Notes under the pieces: model-generated
What the model saw: the letters and a program-made list of their open reading frames with translations, nothing else
Database searches by the model: none
What the model was told of the DNA's origin: nothing
Program-made: the position numbers and the translations under genes
Shown here: piece by piece, positions 21,485 to 29,858 of the stretch
Position numbering within the stretch: the stretch's first letter is position 1
How the letters are laid out: each line of letters opens with the position of its first letter
From: Phormidesmis sp.
GTDB taxonomy: Bacteria; Cyanobacteriota; Cyanobacteriia; Leptolyngbyales; Leptolyngbyaceae
NCBI GenBank assembly: GCA_965248535.1
Contig: CBDFJR010000002.1
Coordinates: forward strand, 992,001 to 1,056,000
Direction of reading: 5' to 3'
DNA length: 64,000 nt

Positions 21485-22125
21485 TTCGGATTTTGTTAGT
21501 CGATGATCAGCATATCATTCGTCAAGGACTCAAGAGTATGCTTGAGTCAAATGCTGATATGCAGGTAATTGGAGAAGCCGAAAATGGGCAGCGCGCCCTC
21601 GACCAGATTCCACTCCTCCAGCCTGATCTGGTCTTAATGGATATCCGAATGCCCGTCATGGATGGCGTAGCGGCCACAGCAGCGATCGCCCAACACTACC
21701 CCGACACAAAAGTGCTTGTCTTGACCACCTTTGACGATGATGAATACGTTTCCCAGGCGATGCGATTGGGAGCAAAAGGCTACTTGCTCAAAGACACCGA
21801 ACCGGAGGAACTAACGCTAGCTATTCGGTCTGTCTATAGAGGACACACTCAATTCGGCCCCGGACTGTTTGAAAAAACGCTATCACCTGCCCCCATTTCA
21901 CTGCCTCCCCTAGAACCGCCACCCGAACTCGCACAACTCACCCATCGCGAATTGGAAGTCTTAAGGTTAATCGCCTCTGGGGCCAACAATCGAGAGATCG
22001 CCCACTCACTTTTCTTGTCAGAAAATACCGTCAAGAACTACGTCACCAACATCCTCAGTCGGCTGAATCTGCGCGATCGCACCCAAGCTGCTTTGTTTGC
22101 TCACTCACTATTTAATCAACCCTAG
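21481..22125 (+). CDS. NarL/LuxR family response regulator
   Basis: LLVDD, LMDIRMP and GYLLK receiver motifs; LTHRELEVL...TVKNYVTNILSRL HTH; ATGA overlap with the kinase. Confidence 0.94.
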   Translation: MIRILLVDDQHIIRQGLKSMLESNADMQVIGEAENGQRALDQIPLLQPDLVLMDIRMPVMDGVAATAAIAQHYPDTKVLVLTTFDDDEYVSQAMRLGAKGYLLKDTEPEELTLAIRSVYRGHTQFGPGLFEKTLSPAPISLPPLEPPPELAQLTHRELEVLRLIASGANNREIAHSLFLSENTVKNYVTNILSRLNLRDRTQAALFAHSLFNQP

Positions 22126-22203
22126 CGTTAGCGTTCATTCTAAAAGACAGTCTGCGTCTCATACGCAATCAATTTGTAAATGATATCACTCCAACTCCAT
22201 CCG

Positions 22204-22320
22204 GACGATCGCCCGCGGCCGCCGTCGAGGAAAAAACCATCAAAAAAAGAAGAAGGGCAAGACCGATAAAAGTCTTGCCCTTCTTACATTTTGCTGCATA
22301 CCCCCAGGAGAATTCGAATC
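22204..22320. repeat. Left attachment repeat (117 bp) including the displaced 3' fragment of tRNA-Glu
   Basis: Matches 36270-36386 with 4 mismatches; ends in TACCCCCAGGAGAATTCGAATC (tRNA acceptor and T-arm fragment). Confidence 0.93.
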
Positions 22321-22350
22321 ACAAATTTTGTAAACAGAGATAAAACCAGT

Positions 22351-22521
22351 CTAATGCTGTGGGGACTCTGCCCACTGTTTAGCCTTCCGTTGCCGGATCT
22401 CTGTCGCGACTTCTTCCATAGCCAGTGCCATCTCTAAGCCATCGGTCTCTAACTGCCCGATCATCAACCGCAGAAACCTTTTGTTACTCTCTACCAGAGC
22501 GATATTGAGATTAGTCGTCAT
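22351..22521 (-). CDS. Small hypothetical protein (56 aa), last gene of the element's long operon
   Basis: ATG 22521 overlaps the upstream gene end; similar to the 47-aa ORF at 22824-22967. Confidence 0.6.
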   Translation of the reverse strand: MTTNLNIALVESNKRFLRLMIGQLETDGLEMALAMEEVATEIRQRKAKQWAESPQH

Positions 22522-22837
22522 TCGCACCACTCGATCCATGCTTCTTTTCATAGCCGAGAATGCTCGAAACGCTTTCGTCTGTCTTTGCCAGCAAGACATT
22601 GAAGACAGCCGTTAAGGTTTTCATGTCAGCCATTAGTTCGTCAACTTCCTCTGACAACATCTTGATCGACTCCTTCATCTGCTCCTGGTTGCGCCTGAGA
22701 TGGTTAAAGTCTCGCTCTGCGGCATAAGCCTTTTTTTGAGAGTTGGCGTACCACTTCACCATACCGAACGCCGCAGACCCGGCACCCGCTAGAAAGGTAC
22801 TGAGGCTGATCAGGCTTTGCACATCAGGCTGATCCAT
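22511..22837 (-). CDS. Single-TM coiled-coil protein (108 aa)
   Basis: ATG 22837 after AGGAG; hydrophobic SLISLSTFLAGAGSAAFGMV followed by a heptad-rich segment. Confidence 0.7.
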   Translation of the reverse strand: MDQPDVQSLISLSTFLAGAGSAAFGMVKWYANSQKKAYAAERDFNHLRRNQEQMKESIKMLSEEVDELMADMKTLTAVFNVLLAKTDESVSSILGYEKKHGSSGANDD

Positions 22838-22967
22838 TTTGGCTCCTTGCCTCTGTTGCGATCGCTTCAAACACATCTGCCAGCGCACCCAAATCATTGA
22901 GTTGCCCGATCAAAATCTGAAAAGCGATCAACGAAATCTTTTGCTTCAATTCACGAGTAATTTTCAT
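22824..22967 (-). CDS. Small hypothetical protein (47 aa, MKITRELKQKISLIAFQILIGQLNDLGALADVFEAIATEARSQNGSA), absent from the ORF track
   Basis: Fills the operon gap; shares IGQL...A..E..ATE.R with 22351-22521. Confidence 0.6.
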   Translation of the reverse strand: MKITRELKQKISLIAFQILIGQLNDLGALADVFEAIATEARSQNGSA

Positions 22968-22974
22968 CTTTTAC

Positions 22975-23559
22975 CTAGCTAATAATTGCCCGATCGTGCA
23001 CCCGTCTCCAGTTGGTTCCGTCGCTGAAAGCCAACGTGCCCCCACCCGATTCATCCGACACATAAATAGTTGCCCCGGCTCTGCCCGACGGCGCGGGAAC
23101 GGTAGCCACCGTGCAAGAGCCAAACTGAACGAAACCAGCAACCGCCACATTTCCCGCACCGGGGCTAGGGAGAGACGTAAACGTCAGCGCGGGTGTCTCC
23201 CCATCAACCCGCAATCCTCCAAAAACCTGAACCTTTGCCGTATTGCCATCAATGGCAAAATTCATCTTCCCAGTAACCTCATTCGTGATGCAAAAACTAT
23301 TCCCGTTGCCCAGTAAATAGCTGTCGCTAAAGAAACTCCAGGCCCATGTAGACCCGTGAAAAAACCCAATCCCAGGGCTACCGGGGTGACTGATCACAGC
23401 GCGGGCATAGTATTGGTTACTGCCCGTGAACCGAACCGGGAAGGTTGACGAACTTGGATCACTCACCTCCAGATTTGTGAATTTCCCCGTGTTTGGAGTC
23501 GTTGCCCCGATCGCGCCGGGGCTACCCCAATTTGGCTCAGAGGAATGACGAACGGGCAT
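22975..23559 (-). CDS. Putative virion fibre/spike protein (194 aa)
   Basis: PGAIGATTPNTGKFTNL and C-terminal TVATVP...AGATIYVSDESGGGTLAFSDGTNWRRV motifs resemble phage fibre modules; beta/Gly-rich. Confidence 0.6.
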   Translation of the reverse strand: MPVRHSSEPNWGSPGAIGATTPNTGKFTNLEVSDPSSSTFPVRFTGSNQYYARAVISHPGSPGIGFFHGSTWAWSFFSDSYLLGNGNSFCITNEVTGKMNFAIDGNTAKVQVFGGLRVDGETPALTFTSLPSPGAGNVAVAGFVQFGSCTVATVPAPSGRAGATIYVSDESGGGTLAFSDGTNWRRVHDRAIIS

Positions 23560-23870
23560 CAGGTCAACTCCGTGATCAGCGCGTTCCCGTTGGCAGTTGC
23601 CCAGATGCCACTAATCACCCCCGTGTAGTTAAAGGGTGTCTCGTAGCAGTCACTCGGATCGAGCCGGGCTGTGAACGCTGATGAAGATGCCGTGGCCGCT
23701 AGCGCTAGATAGAGAGGCGATGTGCTCTGATTGGTGATGATCACCCCCTTTCTGGCAGCGTTAGCAGCAAGAAGCACGGTTGAGGCAGCCACAGAAGCAA
23801 CGGTGCTTAACGTGCCTGTAGCGCTCGTAGTTTGGATCGCGCCGCCCATTGACGTGTGAAATAGTGGCAT
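23559..23870 (-). CDS. Small beta-sandwich (jelly-roll-like) putative structural protein, paralog 2
   Basis: Starts MPLF; ANAARKGVIITNQS..LYL and YETPFNYTGVISGIW. Confidence 0.6.
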   Translation of the reverse strand: MPLFHTSMGGAIQTTSATGTLSTVASVAASTVLLAANAARKGVIITNQSTSPLYLALAATASSSAFTARLDPSDCYETPFNYTGVISGIWATANGNALITELT

Positions 23871-23896
23871 GGCTAGTTCTGTCCTTAGATAAGTAA

Positions 23897-24220
23897 TTAG
23901 CTCTCGATAAAACTGCGAATTGAGGCCTGTCCTTCGTCTGACTCCCAGAGTCCCCACACTTCCGTTGTCGAACTAAACGGGAATTCGTAATAGCCACCCG
24001 GCCCAATTTCAACCAGACAGTCATCAATGGCGACCCGCGCATCTACATCTAGAAAGAGCGCAACCGGGCTGTCATTGCGGATAGTCAACCCAATTCGATT
24101 GGCATCACCCGAAATGAGTTGCACTCGTGAGGCTTTCGCCTTCACTAACTCTTTGCGGATCGTGACCACCTTTCTGGTAACAGTCGAACTAGTTGAAGAA
24201 ACTCCATCAAATAACGGCAT
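23897..24220 (-). CDS. Small beta-sandwich (jelly-roll-like) putative structural protein, paralog 1
   Basis: Starts MPLF; DANRIGLTIRNDS..LFL and YEFPFSSTTEVWGLW. Confidence 0.6.
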   Translation of the reverse strand: MPLFDGVSSTSSTVTRKVVTIRKELVKAKASRVQLISGDANRIGLTIRNDSPVALFLDVDARVAIDDCLVEIGPGGYYEFPFSSTTEVWGLWESDEGQASIRSFIES

Positions 24221-24228
24221 TGTGGGAC

Positions 24229-24699
24229 TCAGGTTAAGTGGTCAATTTTGCTCTCAATCCGGCTGAGATCTGCTTGGAGGGAATCGATCAGCACTTCCGT
24301 ACTATCGACATCTGGCCCGATGTACTGATAGACAGTTAGCGTGATTTCTTGATGCCAGTAGGGCACCTCAAACCGCAGTTTGTAGTTGCTTGCCACTTGT
24401 GGCAGCATGACCAGTCGAGGGGCATTAAGCGGAATAGGAACCCGGTCAAGTTCAGCAAATCCAAAATCTGTGGCCCCGGTGTCGATCACGGGCCGGAGCC
24501 AGCCGCCCAAATACCAAGTTGACTTAGCCGTTTGGCTTGTGCAGCCAGCGACTAAAATCCGATGCTCACTCTGGACAGGTAGCGTTATGGGTGCCAGTGG
24601 TTCGTAGGTTGTCGGGCCCAAGAACCGAACCCGAAAGTATTGCCGATAGAAGAGAATCCAGTTACTAGCGTTTGCTAGCTGCAAGACGGGATGACTCAT
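24229..24699 (-). CDS. Hypothetical beta-rich protein with C-terminal coiled coil (156 aa), putative structural
   Basis: Alternating hydrophobic strands, then LIDSLQADLSRIESKID; ATGA overlap with the upstream gene. Confidence 0.65.
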   Translation of the reverse strand: MSHPVLQLANASNWILFYRQYFRVRFLGPTTYEPLAPITLPVQSEHRILVAGCTSQTAKSTWYLGGWLRPVIDTGATDFGFAELDRVPIPLNAPRLVMLPQVASNYKLRFEVPYWHQEITLTVYQYIGPDVDSTEVLIDSLQADLSRIESKIDHLT

Positions 24700-24953
24700 T
24701 GCAGCCCGACCGGAAACCCTTGACAGATAATCAGTTCAATCGTCTCCTCAACTCCCTCAACGTAAGCAAGTGGATCAATCGAGTGAGATTCAAGCAGATC
24801 CAAAACTACGTCTGGATGCTCTTTTCCGTCCAGACACGCGGCGATCGCTCTCTGTCGATCAACGTAGCGGATCATCTCTGCTCGTCGATCGGCTTCAGAG
24901 AAATCTGGATTGATAATTTCAAACGTGGTCAAGGGAAGGAGTTGATCGATCAC
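24696..24953 (-). CDS. Acidic hypothetical protein (85 aa)
   Basis: Co-oriented in the operon; 4-nt overlap with the next gene. Confidence 0.6.
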   Translation of the reverse strand: MIDQLLPLTTFEIINPDFSEADRRAEMIRYVDRQRAIAACLDGKEHPDVVLDLLESHSIDPLAYVEGVEETIELIICQGFPVGLQ

Positions 24954-25037
24954 AATGGCTTGCTTCTATTAGAGGTTAAAGAATCTCTCAACCGCAGACC
25001 ACAAAAGCTCTACGGTTGAGCAGCGCGAAGCACAAAC

Positions 25038-25559
25038 CTAGATCCGTTCAGGCGAGAGGTAAGCTCGGACGGTGGAACCCGTCGGAACGAGCAAGCCGCG
25101 AATCGTGTCGTAAACGCCCAGCTCGGTGTCACCCGCCGCCGCCTTACCAAACGGAATCGATCGGCTCGTGCCGCCATAGCTGAGATATTTCTGCTTGGTG
25201 ATGTGCGATTCTTTGACCACGCCGTTGTCTTGCCGTCCGGTGACAATGACCACACGAGCGGGTCGAAAGCCGCGAACCCGCAGAGCAGCCCCACCAGATG
25301 GCAAGGTTGCGAGAGCGTGGCTACCAAAGGAGCCTTCGTGTGCAACCCAAGCGGTTTGACTCGCACTCACCTGGAATAGATCGGATGTGGCCGCAGGGGC
25401 CCCAAACGGTTTGACAAAAAGGATTTGAGACTTATCTCGTTTCTTCCCGGTGCCAATTCCCGGTTGGCGGTTCGTCTTGCCCTCAATAAAGGCAACGTAG
25501 TTCGTGAGTGCCTGCTGGTAGCGGGCTGCCCCCGCGATTCGTGAATAGTGTCTGCCCAT
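25038..25559 (-). CDS. Basic hypothetical protein (173 aa), candidate capsid/nucleoprotein
   Basis: ATG start, co-oriented; Gly/Ala/Arg-rich with a basic N-terminal region. Confidence 0.65.
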   Translation of the reverse strand: MGRHYSRIAGAARYQQALTNYVAFIEGKTNRQPGIGTGKKRDKSQILFVKPFGAPAATSDLFQVSASQTAWVAHEGSFGSHALATLPSGGAALRVRGFRPARVVIVTGRQDNGVVKESHITKQKYLSYGGTSRSIPFGKAAAGDTELGVYDTIRGLLVPTGSTVRAYLSPERI

Positions 25560-25667
25560 GCGATGATTCTCAAAATTAAGATTGCTGCTGCATCATTTCT
25601 AGCAACGGTTTTAGAGTGTTTTGGATGGCTACGGAAGTATACTTGCGCTTTTGTTTTGAACCTTATG

Positions 25668-26477
25668 CTAAAAGGTCACTAGTGGCTTACCCAGTCCGTA
25701 GTGACCCACCAGCAAAATGGGCTTTGCTATTCCATTGATGTGCAGCTCGGCTTTACGGAATTGGACTTGAGTTGTGGGCCGCTGTCGGGGTTTCCTGCGA
25801 ACCTTGCCATAAACTTCCTGCGAGCCGGGACTCGTGGGAAATGGTTTGCGCGCTGTGTGAATCGTCAGAAGCTGTTCGTTAAAGGCGTGCCCTCGAATTT
25901 GTAGAACCTTCTCGATCACCTGCACGGCTTGACCCTCGTTCAGAACGAGCAAGCGGAAATCATAGCCGTGCTCTTTGTCGAGATAGGTCACCTTGACGGT
26001 GCCTCTCTCCCACTTGAAACCGTGGGCGGCTCCAAATAATTCTTTTATTTTGAGTGCGAGTGATTGAGCTTTACCAGGGGTCATCGTTGTTGAGGTTTCA
26101 TTGATCAATCGGAACCCGATCGATGAGTGAATAGGGGCGTATCCTTCCGCCTCTAGTTGGGGTTGATAAACCTCCTGAAAAATCAGGTGAACTTGAGGAC
26201 GAAATTTAACTTCACCCTGGTAGTCTGCAACGGGCAACGCATAGACCGGAGTTGGTAACTTACCCTCAAATACGAAGTAGAACAACATCAACCGTAATAA
26301 GGTCATATCTACGGTGTCGTCTGTGTCCATCAAACAGGCCACTTTCATCCCACTTAAGGGATTTGCTAAGTCGTCGGACGGAACATCTAAAAACGTTTGT
26401 ACTACGTTGCGATTGTGGGCACCCGTCAGCATCTCGTGGAGGTGTTGCCACGGTGAAAAATCATCAGGTAATGGCAT
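25668..26477 (-). CDS. Hypothetical protein (269 aa), putative structural
   Basis: TAATG coupling to the 867-aa gene; basic patch KVRRKPRQRP. Confidence 0.7.
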   Translation of the reverse strand: MPLPDDFSPWQHLHEMLTGAHNRNVVQTFLDVPSDDLANPLSGMKVACLMDTDDTVDMTLLRLMLFYFVFEGKLPTPVYALPVADYQGEVKFRPQVHLIFQEVYQPQLEAEGYAPIHSSIGFRLINETSTTMTPGKAQSLALKIKELFGAAHGFKWERGTVKVTYLDKEHGYDFRLLVLNEGQAVQVIEKVLQIRGHAFNEQLLTIHTARKPFPTSPGSQEVYGKVRRKPRQRPTTQVQFRKAELHINGIAKPILLVGHYGLGKPLVTF

Positions 26478-29080
26478 TACAAGTTCCTTATGTGTTCTTC
26501 GCTGGGAGTAGGTGAGGAACTGTGGGCTTTTGCGTCTGCTTCTGCCTTTGCAGTTGCCTTGTGTTCCGGTGGCTTGTTGGGGTTAGTGGCTTCAGCAAGG
26601 TCTTTACTAAGTTCTGCTGATTGCTTTGTTATTTCATCTACAGCCTGTCTACCGTTCAATATCGATTGGGCAACAAAATCGATATTGTTAACAATGTTGA
26701 GGGCATTGTTGATGTTAGTAAAAAACTTGTTGTGAAAGTTCGGATTTGGGTTAAACCATTCCATCGCACGCTGACCAATCACACCATATTTTTTAAGCGC
26801 GTTTCCGATTTTAGCGTTCCAACTTCCAATGATTTCGAGCGAACTTAAAATAGACCATCCGATATTCTGAACCGAATAAATAATGTTGGCACCTGCTTGA
26901 TAAATTCGATTCAGTGCCTTCCATTCTTTCTTCATTCCTTCCAGCGATTCCGTTCCCAATATCGACTTAAGTAAATCGTCGATTTGTTTATCGATAATTT
27001 TGTTGAGTTGAACCGGATCACCATCCTTGTCTTTAATGCCAATCACACTCAATCCATCGGCCACCATTTGCAGCGTTACAACTTTGAGGCTGTCGCATAA
27101 GAAATAGGCGTTTTGTACTGTGACAATGAACGTCATCACATTCAACAATCGATCCAAGTGGAACCACTCGCTGAACTTGCCCAAAAACCCAGAAATGCCG
27201 CCGGGAACTTGATTACCTAACTTGGTATTGATGGTGTTCAACAGAGCTAGATCTGCCACGTTTAACCCAGCGTCAGCAACTTTGCCCAACTTGTCGAGAA
27301 TCGATTGCTGTCCGTCCTCCAAACCAGCCATACAACCGTTCTGGCATTTAGGTTTAGTGCCGATCGGGGGTTTGGGTGGCTCCTTACTCTTAGTGATGTC
27401 ATCTGCGGTCTGTGGGTCGATCGTGCCCTTGGGCCCGGTCGGTCTGGTGAAGATCAGTGGCGGAATAAGTGCTAGCGGCGCTAGCGGCGCAAGAGAGTCT
27501 TTATATTCTTCTAGGGGATCTGTTTTAGGTTTTGTCTTGGGAGGCGTGGGGTTGAGCGGGTGAAGGCGAACCGGGTCGCCACCGATTTGCTTGTCAGGAG
27601 ATAGCGGACTACCCGAAATCGTTGCAGTGACATCTGCCTTTCTTGCGGGGAAGATGCCCCGATCGTTCAACCGTTGCTCAGGAGTTTGAGGCGTTGTTGG
27701 CTGAAAGGAAGGAGGCGTGGGGCTAAGGTCTGGGATGGTTGGCAGTTTCGGCGTTTCGGTCGGGTTGAACGCGGGAAAAATTGGTGCGGTTGGATTTGCG
27801 TCTCGCTCCTTCTTTTCTTCCTTCAACGGGTCGAAGGGGGGTGGATCTAGAAATGGAGTGGGAGCGATCGTGGGGGACGGTTGATGAGGTGGCAAGAAGT
27901 CATCCGGGCCAAACAACCTCATGGGGGGAGGCAGATCAACGCCTGGTGGCAACTCAGGATCGGAGGGATTGGGAGGGGTTCGCCCTGGCGCTGGCCCAAT
28001 AATTTCAAGTGTCCACGGCTCAATTAACGCGGCACCATGCGAGACCTCCAGAGGTGTAATCGACTTGAAAAAACTCCAGCGAATTGAATAGGTATCGGTT
28101 CCCTCTCTTAAAAAAACCTGATTGAGAGAGTTGTCTCTCCTTGGGCCTTGCGTGATGTCGTATCCCAGAACTTGCAAGGTCAAATACGTCCTGTTGTTCG
28201 GGGAATAAAATTTGATTAGAGTCTCGACTGGAAACCAGGCTTTTGATTCAGCGTTTGGTTTGCCGTCTGAGGGGTTGTCTTGATGATCAGGCTCGAACCG
28301 CTTAAACGGATTCAACCAATCAGGGATACCCATATCTCTGGTCTGCTTCTCAGCTTTCCGCATGGCATCCCCATATCCGGCCTTTTCAGCGGCCCATTTC
28401 CCGAAGTCGAGAGCTTTCTGGGCTAGGGTCGGGTTGAGGGCTTGATGCTCAGGGGAATACTCGCCACCGTGACCAATTTTATTCAGCGTATCGGCATATC
28501 TAGAAATACCATTAGCCCAGTTCGGGGGAAAACCAGCAGTCTTTAAGAGTTCCTCTAGGTTTTTTCTACCCTGCTCGTGAAACTGATTAATTTGATCGCC
28601 CACAATCGGATTGAGCAATCCCGGCCCTAGCGCACGCGGATCAAGAACTCCCTTCAAATTTCTCGCAATGCGAGAAGAGAGCGGCCCGGCGATCGGGGGC
28701 GCAGATATTGGGTTACGGTTGCCCAACTGAGTAGCCGGGCCATCTCCCACTAGGCGGTTAATGCCCCGCTCGAAAAAGTTCGGACTGCGGGGTGCTAAGG
28801 GATTGGCACCGCCGCCGCCCGGTGAGATTTTCTGACCCGGTATTAGAGAGCGATCGATGTTGGGGTTGTTTTGAAGCGGTCGAGCGGTGTTGAAGCCCTG
28901 GTTGAGTCGAAACTCACGCAAAACCCCGTTGTCATTGACGGCTTTAGGTGCGACGAGTGGCGGTGGCGGTGGATATTTGGGCTTAAAGTAGCCGTTGCCT
29001 TCGTTTGCAGCAGGTTTGTAGAGAGTCCTCTCAAGCTGCGCCCGGGCCGATAAAATTTCGAGATCTTTGGGGGATACCAT
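26477..29080 (-). CDS. Large Pro-rich protein (867 aa) with helical C-terminal region; putative adsorption/entry protein
   Basis: Long ORF coupled by TAATG at both ends; central Pro-rich linker, CQNGC, then amphipathic helices. Confidence 0.75.
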   Translation of the reverse strand: MVSPKDLEILSARAQLERTLYKPAANEGNGYFKPKYPPPPPLVAPKAVNDNGVLREFRLNQGFNTARPLQNNPNIDRSLIPGQKISPGGGGANPLAPRSPNFFERGINRLVGDGPATQLGNRNPISAPPIAGPLSSRIARNLKGVLDPRALGPGLLNPIVGDQINQFHEQGRKNLEELLKTAGFPPNWANGISRYADTLNKIGHGGEYSPEHQALNPTLAQKALDFGKWAAEKAGYGDAMRKAEKQTRDMGIPDWLNPFKRFEPDHQDNPSDGKPNAESKAWFPVETLIKFYSPNNRTYLTLQVLGYDITQGPRRDNSLNQVFLREGTDTYSIRWSFFKSITPLEVSHGAALIEPWTLEIIGPAPGRTPPNPSDPELPPGVDLPPPMRLFGPDDFLPPHQPSPTIAPTPFLDPPPFDPLKEEKKERDANPTAPIFPAFNPTETPKLPTIPDLSPTPPSFQPTTPQTPEQRLNDRGIFPARKADVTATISGSPLSPDKQIGGDPVRLHPLNPTPPKTKPKTDPLEEYKDSLAPLAPLALIPPLIFTRPTGPKGTIDPQTADDITKSKEPPKPPIGTKPKCQNGCMAGLEDGQQSILDKLGKVADAGLNVADLALLNTINTKLGNQVPGGISGFLGKFSEWFHLDRLLNVMTFIVTVQNAYFLCDSLKVVTLQMVADGLSVIGIKDKDGDPVQLNKIIDKQIDDLLKSILGTESLEGMKKEWKALNRIYQAGANIIYSVQNIGWSILSSLEIIGSWNAKIGNALKKYGVIGQRAMEWFNPNPNFHNKFFTNINNALNIVNNIDFVAQSILNGRQAVDEITKQSAELSKDLAEATNPNKPPEHKATAKAEADAKAHSSSPTPSEEHIRNL

Positions 29081-29385
29081 TAGTTCTCTTTGAAGGCGGT
29101 TGGGATAGCGACGTTAGAGAATTCTTTTGCAAACATCCAGAGCTTCTTGGTGCGATCGCTGATGAAGTTAGGGTCAACGGCAAATGAGGAGCGAATCAGC
29201 AGACGGTTGGAATTGTCGGCGGCGCTAAAAATTCCGGTTTGCATCACAAACTGGGCTAGGTTTTCAGCCTCTAACACAGCCAGAGAGGGATTGATGCGAT
29301 CAAGGGTCAGTCCGCTCCAGGCGTGAAGCTGCTCAAGCGTGACGATCGAGTTGGGGATATCCGTAGCTAGGTTAATGACAGTCAT
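29080..29385 (-). CDS. Hypothetical protein (101 aa), first gene of the long operon
   Basis: ATG start; stop overlaps the start of the 867-aa gene. Confidence 0.7.
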   Translation of the reverse strand: MTVINLATDIPNSIVTLEQLHAWSGLTLDRINPSLAVLEAENLAQFVMQTGIFSAADNSNRLLIRSSFAVDPNFISDRTKKLWMFAKEFSNVAIPTAFKEN

Positions 29386-29596
29386 AGGAAGAGGTAGTAA
29401 ATGTGACCTCTACAGCGTTCCCATACCGAGACTCATCTGTATTACCTGAGTCCGCGTACTACATCCAGTGGACTAAAAACGGACTAAAAAGGGCTTGTAG
29501 CACGAAACTACAAACCCTGAAAGTGTGATTCTCCCGTGACAGTCGATCACCGGAAAGCTGATTCTCTCGTTGGACTTCTGCGGCAACTGCAACGGT

Positions 29597-29845
29597 TCAA
29601 GAGGGATTTCCAGCGAATCTATAAAATCTCTGTCTCATTCCGCCACGCTTATGTAAACGCACCTCATCCCAGTAAGCGACAACAAATCCCTTTCTCTCTA
29701 GTCTCCACATCGTCGTGGTGAAAATTTCATAGCCTAGCTGCTTTTGCAGCATTGGAGCCGTCATCGGGCAATCAAGCAAGGCAAGTAAAATTTGTCTGTC
29801 ACGGTCTTTAGTGGCGACCAGGTTAAACCACAGGGATTTGAACAT
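29597..29845 (-). CDS. PadR-like winged-helix regulator
   Basis: QILLALL...TTMWRLERKGFV..W...GGMRQRFYR; ATG 29845 after AAGGA. Confidence 0.7.
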   Translation of the reverse strand: MFKSLWFNLVATKDRDRQILLALLDCPMTAPMLQKQLGYEIFTTTMWRLERKGFVVAYWDEVRLHKRGGMRQRFYRFAGNPS

Positions 29846-29858
29846 TTCCGTTCCTTGA

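Noticed and set aside
9297..22125. Efflux and two-component cluster as cargo of the integrated element
   Set aside because: It lies outside the att repeats, is HIP1-rich like host genes, and no further boundary repeat was seen
22299..22320. Second tRNA-Glu gene
   Set aside because: Only the 3' 22 nt are present; it is the att fragment
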